From assembly GCA_023623175.1 (NCBI GenBank), contig JAMNXU010000010.1, positions 20,967 through 84,966 on the forward strand: DNA of 64,000 nucleotides. The letters are read 5' to 3'. Source of the DNA: Bacillota bacterium (GTDB taxonomy: Bacteria > Bacillota > Clostridia > Acetivibrionales > JAMNXU01). Each line of letters begins with the position of its first letter. The first letter of the stretch is position 1. The position numbers and the translations under genes are program-made. The notes beneath the pieces were generated by a model. It had not been told where the DNA came from. It worked only from the letters and a program-made list of their open reading frames with translations, and did not search any database. Positions 10,205 to 17,936 of the stretch are shown piece by piece.

Positions 10205-11278
10205 GTGAAAACTAACCAGGATACAAGGAAAAATATACTGAAAGAGCTTGTTGAAAGAGGAAAAGCAAAAGGCATGCTGACATATAAAGAAATCATGGAT
10301 GCCTTTGAAGAAATAGAACTTGCACCCGAACAAATAGAAAAAGTCTATGAAACGATAGAAAACCTCGGAGTAGAAGTGGTCGACGACATTGATCCCGACC
10401 TCGAGGAGCTTACTGAGGAGGATCTTGACCTGTCCATCCCCGAGGGTATCAGCATTGATGACCCTGTGCGCATGTATCTTAAAGAAATCGGAAAAGTGCC
10501 GCTTCTTACTGCTGAGGAAGAAATCGAGCTGGCAAAGCGAATGGAAAAAGGAGACGTTGAAGCAAAGAAGAGACTTGCAGAAGCCAACCTCCGTCTCGTC
10601 GTCAGCATTGCAAAGAGGTATGTGGGAAGAGGCATGCTTTTCCTTGACCTTATACAGGAAGGCAACCTCGGTCTTATCAAGGCCGTTGAAAAATTTGACT
10701 TCAGGAGGGGTTACAAGTTCAGTACCTACGCTACCTGGTGGATAAGGCAGGCCATCACAAGGGCCATTGCCGACCAGGCGAGGACCATACGCATACCTGT
10801 GCATATGGTTGAGACAATAAACAAGCTCATAAGGGTTTCAAGACAATTGTTGCAGGAATTGGGCAGAGAACCCCATCCTGAAGAAATAGCCAAGGAAATG
10901 AACATGTCAGTGGATAAGGTCAGGGAAATAATGAAGATTTCCCAGGAGCCTGTTTCCCTTGAAACGCCGATAGGCGAAGAAGAGGACAGCCATCTCGGAG
11001 ATTTTATCCCTGACGACGAAGCACCTGCGCCTGCTGAAGCTGCTGCCTTCACACTGCTGAAGGAACAGCTCATCGATGTCCTTGATACGCTGACACCAAG
11101 GGAAGAAAAGGTACTGAGACTGAGATTCGGACTCGATGACGGCAGAGCCAGGACGCTTGAAGAAGTTGGAAAGGAATTCAATGTAACGCGTGAAAGAATA
11201 CGCCAGATTGAAGCAAAGGCGCTCAGGAAATTAAGACATCCCAGCAGAAGCAAAAAACTTAAGGATTACCTTGATTAA
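10205..11278 (+). CDS. sigA: primary RNA polymerase sigma factor (sigma-70/SigA)
   Basis: Regions 1.2 to 4.2 are recognisable ([45 protein letters not shown]). GTG start follows GGGAGGG. Confidence 0.97.
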   Translation: MKTNQDTRKNILKELVERGKAKGMLTYKEIMDAFEEIELAPEQIEKVYETIENLGVEVVDDIDPDLEELTEEDLDLSIPEGISIDDPVRMYLKEIGKVPLLTAEEEIELAKRMEKGDVEAKKRLAEANLRLVVSIAKRYVGRGMLFLDLIQEGNLGLIKAVEKFDFRRGYKFSTYATWWIRQAITRAIADQARTIRIPVHMVETINKLIRVSRQLLQELGREPHPEEIAKEMNMSVDKVREIMKISQEPVSLETPIGEEEDSHLGDFIPDDEAPAPAEAAAFTLLKEQLIDVLDTLTPREEKVLRLRFGLDDGRARTLEEVGKEFNVTRERIRQIEAKALRKLRHPSRSKKLKDYLD

Positions 11279-11308
11279 AACTCGATTGACAAATCGAGTT
11301 TTTTTTTA
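11277..11308 (+). terminator. rho-independent terminator after sigA
   Basis: Stem aaaactcgatt/aatcgagtttt with a 4-nt loop and a T9 run. Confidence 0.8.
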
Positions 11309-11891
11309 CCCGGAGCTGAGCATTCATTGAACTTCCTGTGGATGAGGCGAAAAAAGCGGGCCTTATTTTTTTGTACGCGGAAATAATGCATACCAAAATT
11401 TGTTTTGCGATGTAATATATAATGAAATATAATATTATTGTGAAATAGTGGTAAAATTTTTCACGGGTAATAAACCGGCTTTAAATTTTAAACCACTAAA
11501 TCAGTCGAGGATCTTGGGTTAACGGGTTGCTTGAATGAACCTGGAAGTGGATTATTGGTCCAAGGATTCTGCAAGGTTGCTGACGGTGGTTAATAGGCTG
11601 CTCAAACGAAGTAAAACAGGATCTTAATCAAAAACATGATTTTAATTAAGGAAAAATCAGCATCGAAGCATTACCGCTGCACCGGATTTGCCAGTAACTA
11701 CTCAATCTGCTCCTTATACATCAGCACATTCTGCCATGCTTTTTCTCGATCAACTCCAGGTATGCTACTGTACATCTGTCCCGAGTTTTTAAGCAGCCCA
11801 GGAGACCTGGACTTGTAACGGAATCAGTATGAATAATAACAATCTGTAAAGATTGTTATTAAGTAGAAAAAATAAATAGGGAGGAAAGATC

Positions 11892-13502
11892 ATGAGAAAA
11901 GAATTGCTACGTATTTGTGCCCTGTTACTGGCACTGATGCTTGTTCTGGGCACAGCCGGAGGATGCGGCAAAAAGAAACAGACTTCTGGTGACGAGACCG
12001 AAGTGACCGTTGAAGAGCTGGCAGAAGAAGAAGAATTTGAAGAAGGGCCGGTTGATGAAGCAGAAGATGAAACGGTAGAAGAACCAGAAGAAACGACAGA
12101 GGAAGAAGAAACAGAAGAAACAGAGGAAACTGAAGCAACCGGGGAAGAAAAAGCAACAACAACCTCAACTGCAACGACCACCAAGGGAACGACAACGACG
12201 ACAAAAACTACTACCACGGCCGGAACCGGCGGAAAAACAACAACTACCACGGCGAAAACTTCAACGACCGGCACTGGCGAGAAAGTGGACCTGAAGGGCT
12301 ACACCGTCAAGATTGCTTCATTTATTAACCTTGATCCAAAGGTTCCCACCAACGTTTATTACCAGCAGGGAACGCAGCGCGAGAAGGAAGTGAGGGAAAA
12401 GTACAACGTCAAGTTCCAGTACATCATGGTTCCCGGCCAGGGTATCAGGGACAGGCTTCCCGCAAGCGTTATGGCCGGTGACCCGCTTGGTGACATAGTG
12501 CGCTGCCGTTCCGGATGGGTACTGCCCGTGTTTGCAGGAAGGGGCATTGTGGAACCTGCCGACAAGTATTTCGATATAAGCGACCCTCTGTGGAATCCTT
12601 ATATCCTCCAGCAGTCAATATACAAGGGCCGTGTTATGGGTGTAAACCATCAGGAAAATACATCCTACTGGCGCCTGTTCTACAACAGGAGCATGATGCA
12701 GAGACTTGGACTGCCCGATCCGCAGACATACGTTTCATCCAAGCAGTGGACATGGCAGAAGTTTGAGGAATACCTCGCCAGGATAACCCAGGATACCGAT
12801 AACGATGGAAAGACAGATATTTACGGTGCTTCGTCGCTTTCATGGCAGGCCATAATAGCATCCAACGGCGGAAAGATAGTCAGCGAAATCGACGGCAAGG
12901 ACTACTGGACGCTCAACAGGCCCGAGTCGGTTGAGGCTCTCAAGTGGTGGCAGAAGCTCTACAATGCCGGTTATATCGGTTATACCGGAGAGTCGGCAGT
13001 TGCTGATTTCATAGCCGGGAAAGCCGGGTTCTACGTATACTACAATACCAATTTCAGGACCAGCATGAAGGATAAATGGGGATTGGTACCGTTCCCTCTT
13101 GGACCGCAGGCAAAGGATTATGCAAACTGGTGGGACGAGGTACACCTGATGTGCATACCTGCAAACAGCAAGTACCCGAAGGAAGTCGCAGCAATCTGGA
13201 CTGACCTGAGCCGCTGGTATCCGAATGCACCGAGCAGGGAAAAGATGCACAGGGACGTTGTTGAAAATATGTTTGACGATCCCAGGGACGCCGAGATGGA
13301 TATAATGCTCGCCAAGAAATTCTGGCTTGACAAGTACTTCTCTTACACGGATGTAAACCGCCAGATCTGGCCCGGCGGAACAGACAACATAGAAAACGTG
13401 CTTGAGGGCAGAGCCGGCAAGAGCATTGAACAGTGGATTAACGAAAGATCGGCGCAGTGCCAGAATATCATCGATCAGCTGTGGGCTTCGTTTGAAAAAT
13501 AA
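11892..13502 (+). CDS. extracellular solute-binding-type lipoprotein with an acidic/Thr-rich linker (orphan)
   Basis: Signal peptide plus lipobox LGTAGGC. Glu-rich then Thr-rich low-complexity linker. The mature part resembles sugar ABC binding proteins and is a paralog of 21529-22926 (shared blocks DPLWNP, IASNGG, YPKE.A.IWT.LSR). Confidence 0.8.
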   Translation: MRKELLRICALLLALMLVLGTAGGCGKKKQTSGDETEVTVEELAEEEEFEEGPVDEAEDETVEEPEETTEEEETEETEETEATGEEKATTTSTATTTKGTTTTTKTTTTAGTGGKTTTTTAKTSTTGTGEKVDLKGYTVKIASFINLDPKVPTNVYYQQGTQREKEVREKYNVKFQYIMVPGQGIRDRLPASVMAGDPLGDIVRCRSGWVLPVFAGRGIVEPADKYFDISDPLWNPYILQQSIYKGRVMGVNHQENTSYWRLFYNRSMMQRLGLPDPQTYVSSKQWTWQKFEEYLARITQDTDNDGKTDIYGASSLSWQAIIASNGGKIVSEIDGKDYWTLNRPESVEALKWWQKLYNAGYIGYTGESAVADFIAGKAGFYVYYNTNFRTSMKDKWGLVPFPLGPQAKDYANWWDEVHLMCIPANSKYPKEVAAIWTDLSRWYPNAPSREKMHRDVVENMFDDPRDAEMDIMLAKKFWLDKYFSYTDVNRQIWPGGTDNIENVLEGRAGKSIEQWINERSAQCQNIIDQLWASFEK

Positions 13503-13521
13503 TTTCCAATGCCGGAAAATC

Positions 13522-13565
13522 AAAGCCCCTTATGATGCGCAGAAGCATCATAAGGGGCTTTTTAT
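13522..13565 (+). terminator. rho-independent terminator
   Basis: 17-bp stem aaagccccttatgatgc/gcatcataaggggcttt followed by a T-run. Confidence 0.75.
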
Positions 13566-13654
13566 ACAACAATGGAACAGCAACTGATGAAGCATCTGTC
13601 TTTTTTGAAAGAACGTCCAAAACTACCTTAACCTCTACATTTAGTGACAGCAAC

Positions 13655-13721
13655 TAAAAAAAATCCCGCTTACTGTTGCAAAGTACGGGATATAGGGGAG
13701 TATAATTTATTTCTCAATATT
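13655..13721 (-). ncRNA. candidate small RNA (promoter plus intrinsic terminator, no ORF)
   Basis: On the minus strand: TTGTCT (rc of 13751-13756), 17 nt, TATTAT (rc of 13728-13733). About 65 nt downstream is a hairpin (13663-13691) followed by U8. The unpaired segment contains CUCCCCU. Confidence 0.25.
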
Positions 13722-13859
13722 ACTTATATAATACATAATTTGACTAAAAAAGACAATATGCGATAAAAAATTTGTTTTTTAGCTGCGTCACAGCCAAAAT
13801 ATTACATGGATACGATGCAGCGTTGCCAGTAAAAATAAAAGCGGAAGGAGTTGAGTAAA

Positions 13860-14108
13860 ATGACCGGGGAGAAAAACGACAACGCCGTTGAAATGACTGT
13901 TTACGACAGGCTTTTAAGAGCGTGGGAAAACACCATGGAATTGGTAAGGGATTTTGAAATGTATTCCAAGAGAATTGATGATGAAAAGCTCAAGAACATA
14001 TTCAAGCAATTTGCCGAAGACGAAGGAATGCACGCTACAAAGCTGAGGGAACTTCTGCTGGAATACGGCAACGACAAAACTCAAAAACCGGAAAATAACA
14101 TTCATTGA
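13860..14108 (+). CDS. small helical protein, ferritin/rubrerythrin-like motif (hypothetical)
   Basis: 82 aa. GGAAGGAG (13841-13848) lies upstream of ATG 13860. FAEDEGMHATKLRELL resembles a metal-ligand helix of ferritin-like proteins. Confidence 0.55.
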   Translation: MTGEKNDNAVEMTVYDRLLRAWENTMELVRDFEMYSKRIDDEKLKNIFKQFAEDEGMHATKLRELLLEYGNDKTQKPENNIH

Positions 14109-14184
14109 TGACGGATAACTGGAAAAAAGGCGGGCAAACGGGCAAAACAGGCGGTATAAACCGCTTGGAAAATTAAAAAAGGTG

Positions 14185-14213
14185 TTGACCTGATGCCCTT
14201 CTGTACGTATAAT
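14185..14213 (+). promoter_or_regulatory. near-consensus sigma-A promoter for the tRNA unit
   Basis: TTGACC (14185-14190), 17-nt spacer, TATAAT (14208-14213), about 48 nt before tRNA-Asn. Confidence 0.6.
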
Positions 14214-14260
14214 ATATAATGTGATTGGGAACAGAACAGTTCCAGGACACATTTATTCGT

Positions 14261-14336
14261 TCCTCAATAGCTCAGTTGGTAGAGCATGCGGCTGTTAACC
14301 GCAGGGTCGTAGGTTCGAGTCCTACTTGAGGAGCCA
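14261..14336 (+). tRNA. tRNA-Asn (GTT), CCA encoded
   Basis: Full cloverleaf folded by hand. Acceptor tcctcaa/ttgagga, anticodon loop CTGTTAA, T-loop TTCGAGT. Confidence 0.95.
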
Positions 14337-14339
14337 GAA

Positions 14340-14374
14340 GGGCCTTTAGCTCAGTTGGTTAGAGCAACCGGCTC
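14340..14374 (+). pseudogene. truncated tRNA gene (5' half only, ends inside the anticodon loop)
   Basis: GGGCCTT-TA-GCTC-AGTTGGTTA-GAGC-A-ACCGG-CTC gives a canonical acceptor strand, D-arm and 5' anticodon stem. The following sequence (cctgttctttt...) cannot pair, and no T-arm follows. Confidence 0.6.
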
Positions 14375-14386
14375 CCTGTTCTTTTA

Positions 14387-14563
14387 TTATTTCCTGCTTT
14401 CAACTGAGTTGTCAAAATTGTCTGTTTCCTGCTGACGGCTGATATCGGGCTTGCCCGGGCCAAGTCTTTTTATGAAGTCAAAATTCAGGAAGCTCGATGA
14501 ATTAACCAGGGATTCTGGGGGAGTTTCGAAATCCCTTGCGCCTTTGCCTCTGAAAACCGTCAT
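14387..14563 (-). CDS. hypothetical 58-aa hydrophilic protein
   Basis: ATG (rc of 14561-14563) sits 8 nt after AAAGGAG. Translation is MTVFRGKGARDFETPPESLVNSSSFLNFDFIKRLGPGKPDISRQQETDNFDNSVESRK. I recognise no family. Confidence 0.4.
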   Translation of the reverse strand: MTVFRGKGARDFETPPESLVNSSSFLNFDFIKRLGPGKPDISRQQETDNFDNSVESRK

Positions 14564-14667
14564 TATGATTTCTCCTTTAAAACATGTTAATATTAAAATA
14601 AGGATGTCATTAAAATAAGATGTCAATATTATGTGTTATTATTAAAATATGATACGGGGAGGCCCGG

Positions 14668-15393
14668 ATGAAACTAAAAGGAAGACTAAAAACCATTGCG
14701 GACATGCTGCACCGGTGTGAAGTGCTTGCTGATATAGGCACTGATCACGCATACATACCTGTTTATGCGGTCAAAAACAATATCTGCTCCAGGGCCGTCG
14801 CAACGGATCTACGGGAAGGCCCGATAAAAAAGGCAAAAGAAAATATATCTGCAAGCGGTCTTGATGAATACATTGAAACCCGCAGGGGATACGGCTTAGA
14901 CCCGCTGCTGCCCGGGGAGGCGGATGTGGTTGTGATAGCCGGTATGGGGGGACTGCTGATCAGGGAAATATTGAGCAAGGATCCGGAGAAATCAAGAAAT
15001 ACTGAAACGCTGATCCTGCAGCCGATGAATTCCCCCGAACTTCTTCGGTCGTGGCTGTATTCCGAGGGATTTGACATCGTTGACGAATCCCTGTGCAAGG
15101 ATGAAGGAAGGATTTACAATATAATGAAAGTCCGCTGGAGCGGCGAAAAAAGAGTCATGGATGAAATTGAATGTTATATAGGCAGCATGCTGATTGAAAA
15201 AAGGGATCCCCTGCTCGGGGAGCTGACGCTGAGAAAACTGAAACAAACGGAAAAAGTTCTCATGCAGCTTAAAAAATCTTCAGAATCTGAAAGGACCTCC
15301 GATTTGTCCGAATATTATGAGCGTCTCCGGTCGAAACTTGAAGAGATCAGGGACAGATTAAAATCTAAAGAAGGTGAAAATCCATGCCCATGA
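14668..15393 (+). CDS. trmK: tRNA (adenine22-N1)-methyltransferase
   Basis: N-terminus LADIGTDHAYIPVYAV and block VIAGMGG are typical of TrmK/YqfN. Lies in the sigA...trmK-nif3 synteny known from Bacillus. Confidence 0.9.
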   Translation: MKLKGRLKTIADMLHRCEVLADIGTDHAYIPVYAVKNNICSRAVATDLREGPIKKAKENISASGLDEYIETRRGYGLDPLLPGEADVVVIAGMGGLLIREILSKDPEKSRNTETLILQPMNSPELLRSWLYSEGFDIVDESLCKDEGRIYNIMKVRWSGEKRVMDEIECYIGSMLIEKRDPLLGELTLRKLKQTEKVLMQLKKSSESERTSDLSEYYERLRSKLEEIRDRLKSKEGENPCP

Positions 15394-16490
15394 CAGCAGC
15401 GGAAATAATCAGGCAGGTAGAGAAGCTTGCCCCGCGCAGGCTCGCCGAAGACTGGGACAATGCGGGTCTCATGCTCGGCGATGTGAACAAATTGGTAGAA
15501 AGGATCATGGTGAGCCTTGATGTCACTGCTCCGGTAGTGAAGGAGGCTGTCGACGCCGGCGCGGACATGATCATCACGCACCATCCCCTGATTTTCAGGG
15601 GACTGAAAAACATTGATTACAACGATTCCAGGGGCCGCAATATTATAAATCTAGTTAAAAATGACATATGCGTTTACAGCGCCCATACAAATCTGGACAC
15701 GGCTGACGGAGGGCTCAATGATTTTCTCGCTGAAAAACTCGGCTTAAAACAGGTTGAGAATTTATTCCGGTATAAAAGGGAGAAACTGTACAAGCTTGCC
15801 GTCTATGTTCCCGTAGAACACACCGAAAAAGTGCGCGAAGCCGTTTGCAGGGCCGGAGCCGGCCACATCGGCCGGTACAGCGATTGCAGTTTTGCCGCCG
15901 AGGGAACGGGAACCTACATGCCGCTGGAAGGCACCAATCCATACAAAGGAACCACGGGCAGACTCGAGAAGGCTCGCGAAAACAAGCTTGAAACCGTGGT
16001 GCCCGAAAGCCGGATTGATCGGGTTATAAACGCCATGCTCAAGGCGCATCCCTATGAAGAAGTGGCTTATGATTTGTATGAACTGCATAACGCGGGAAAA
16101 GATTATGGTATTGGGAAGGCAGGTTTTCTGGACAGCAGCGTATCTTCCGGCGATTTTCTTGAAAGGATAAAAAAGGTGCTGAGGACGGAAAAACTCAGGG
16201 TTGTCGGTTCATTGCCCGAAACGGTAAGGCGCGTGGCGGTTTTTTCAGGGAGTTTTGATGAAAGGTACCTGCCGACGATCAGCAGGGATATAGATATTCT
16301 TGTTACAGGCGATATCAAGTATCATACGGCTCTTGATATCCTGGAAGCAGGATTGTGTGTCGTAGATGCGGGACACTTTAATACAGAGCGCATTGTGGTT
16401 GAGCTCCTGGTCGGGTATCTTTCTGAAAGGCTGACTGGGGTTGAAGTGATGGCAAGCGCAAGCGAAAGGGATCCGTTCCTCTACTATTGA
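15390..16490 (+). CDS. Nif3-like dinuclear metal centre protein (YqfO family)
   Basis: Contains DWDNAGLMLGD, ITHHPLIF and DAGHFNTE motifs plus the inserted PII-like domain. ATGA overlap with the trmK stop. Confidence 0.9.
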   Translation: MTAAEIIRQVEKLAPRRLAEDWDNAGLMLGDVNKLVERIMVSLDVTAPVVKEAVDAGADMIITHHPLIFRGLKNIDYNDSRGRNIINLVKNDICVYSAHTNLDTADGGLNDFLAEKLGLKQVENLFRYKREKLYKLAVYVPVEHTEKVREAVCRAGAGHIGRYSDCSFAAEGTGTYMPLEGTNPYKGTTGRLEKARENKLETVVPESRIDRVINAMLKAHPYEEVAYDLYELHNAGKDYGIGKAGFLDSSVSSGDFLERIKKVLRTEKLRVVGSLPETVRRVAVFSGSFDERYLPTISRDIDILVTGDIKYHTALDILEAGLCVVDAGHFNTERIVVELLVGYLSERLTGVEVMASASERDPFLYY

Positions 16491-16548
16491 CAAAATTCAA
16501 TTAAGGTTTTAGAATATATAAGCTGACTATAAATTGAATATTTAAATA

Positions 16549-16899
16549 CTGAGTAAGTCAGATGATCGCGTGCACAGTTCCGAAAGGACGTGCATGAGGA
16601 AAGTCCGGGCTCCACAGGGCAGGGTGCCGGGTAATTCCCGGTGAAGGCGACTTCAAGGAAAGTGCAACAGAAATATACCGCCATACCGGATATTCCGGTA
16701 AGGCAAGGGTGGAAAGGTGAGGTAAGAGCTCACCAGCGGCATGGCGACTTGCCGGCTCTGTAAACCCCACCTGGAGCAACACCGTGGAGGGACGTTACGT
16801 TGGCCCGACAGTCCCGAGGAGGTGGCTTGAGCACTGTAGAAATACAGTGCCCAGATAGATGATCATCGAATACAGAACCCGGCTTACAGACTTACTCAG
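16549..16899 (+). ncRNA. rnpB: RNase P RNA (bacterial type A)
   Basis: Contains GAGGAAAGTCCGGGCTCCACAGGGCAGGGTGCCGGGTAA and ACAGAACCCGGCTTA conserved blocks. P1 pairing is ctgagtaagtc/gacttactcag. Confidence 0.9.
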
Positions 16900-16909
16900 G
16901 TTACACATC

Positions 16910-16946
16910 GTAACCGCAGGCCGAAAGCCTGCGGTTACGCATTTTA
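16910..16946 (+). terminator. hairpin terminator after rnpB
   Basis: Perfect 12-bp stem gtaaccgcaggc/gcctgcggttac with a 5-nt loop. The T tract is weak (gcatttta). Confidence 0.55.
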
Positions 16947-17030
16947 CTGCGTTGAATTTCCGCAGTGGTAAATGCTATAATGAAAACGGAATAAACATTT
17001 ATTTTCAGAAAAAAATTTACCGGTATTATG

Positions 17031-17252
17031 GTTAACTGAAAAGAATTATAAACTGAAATAAAGATGAGCCAAATAAGGATGAACTGAAACAAGGATGAAC
17101 TAAAACAAGGATGAGCTTAAATAACGAAGAACTGAAACCTATTTGGGCTGAAATAAAGGTGAACTGCAGCAAAAACCAGGAAAAAGATGAACCACAATTT
17201 GTAGTAATTAAGAACAGAAACAGCGATGAACCTGGAATAATAATGAACTTTA
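17031..17252. repeat. degenerate A-rich tandem repeat array (unit about 13-18 nt, core GATGAAC/ACTGAAA)
   Basis: Run includes ...ggatgaactgaaacaa ggatgaactaaaacaa ggatgagcttaaataac gaagaactgaaac..., about 12 diverged units. Confidence 0.5.
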
Positions 17253-17295
17253 TCATTGATAAACATTAATATTAATGAATTCCGGGAGGAAAAAT

Positions 17296-17838
17296 ATGAA
17301 AGCCACCACGGGTTTTATTACAAAAACGGCAATGTTAATTGCCCTCACCGTTGTTTGCCAGTCTTCAGGCATGTTTCTCCCCGCTGCCCTTGGACCAATG
17401 GGCAAACAGTTCGTCGTAGGTTCGCTCGTAAATGCGTGCCTGTACACGGCGGCTGCAACAACAGGTCTTTGGGGAGGTTTGACAGTTGCGATCGTTTCTC
17501 CGCTGACATCGGTACTGACTACCCATACTCCGATGGCAGCGTTCATACTTCCGTTTTCGCCGTTTATAGCGGCAGGTAATTTCATACTTGTAGCCTGCTT
17601 CTATTTTATAATGAAACGGAATAAGATTGTCGGCGTTGCAGTGGCTTCCGCCGTGAAATTTGTTTTTCTTTTTGCGGCTGTCAATGTTTTTCTGGGCATC
17701 GCAAATCTTGCCGACAACATTAAAACAAATGCAGCAGTGATGTTCAGCTGGCCCCAGCTTGTTACAGCCCTGATAGGGGGCGTTCTCGCCCTGGCTGTGA
17801 TCAGGAGCCTGGGCGCTGTCAGAAGAAATTCCAAATAA
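17296..17838 (+). CDS. multi-pass membrane protein, ECF-transporter S-component-like
   Basis: 180 aa with about 5-6 TM helices. GGGAGG RBS before ATG 17296. Substrate class not assignable, and no riboswitch recognised upstream. Confidence 0.55.
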   Translation: MKATTGFITKTAMLIALTVVCQSSGMFLPAALGPMGKQFVVGSLVNACLYTAAATTGLWGGLTVAIVSPLTSVLTTHTPMAAFILPFSPFIAAGNFILVACFYFIMKRNKIVGVAVASAVKFVFLFAAVNVFLGIANLADNIKTNAAVMFSWPQLVTALIGGVLALAVIRSLGAVRRNSK

Positions 17839-17936
17839 TTAACCTGATTAATCGGAGCCGCCAGGTCCGTGGCTTTCACTTAAAGCGGCATTCAATCATA
17901 AAATGGAATAAGATTTTGTAACCGAGGGGTCTGACC

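Noticed and set aside
11789-12274. 161-aa minus-strand ORF made of V/S/F runs, with a nested 104-aa ORF.
   Set aside because: It is the reverse complement of the Glu/Thr-rich low-complexity linker of the lipoprotein gene. The repeats keep the antisense frame open by chance.
14375-14667. Possibility that the truncated tRNA is a split or intron-containing (group I intron in the anticodon loop) gene.
   Set aside because: I found no complementary anticodon-stem strand (CCGGT), no GTTCGAATC-type T-arm and no acceptor 3' strand (AAGGCCC) within the next 300 nt. The only T-arm-like string (gggagtttcgaaatccc, about 14517-14537) is not followed by an acceptor strand. The interval is occupied by a minus-strand ORF with a strong RBS and is too short for a group I intron.
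17000-17014. CodY-box-like sequence TATTTTCAGAAAAAA (12/15 match to AATTTTCWGAAAATT).
   Set aside because: It is a single imperfect match in very A/T-rich DNA, where such matches are expected by chance. There is no supporting second site.
16990-17260. Repeat arrays (here and at 22988-23135) considered as CRISPR.
   Set aside because: The units are 13-18 nt, degenerate and contiguous, with no unique spacers. There is no leader or cas genes. They are not CRISPR.
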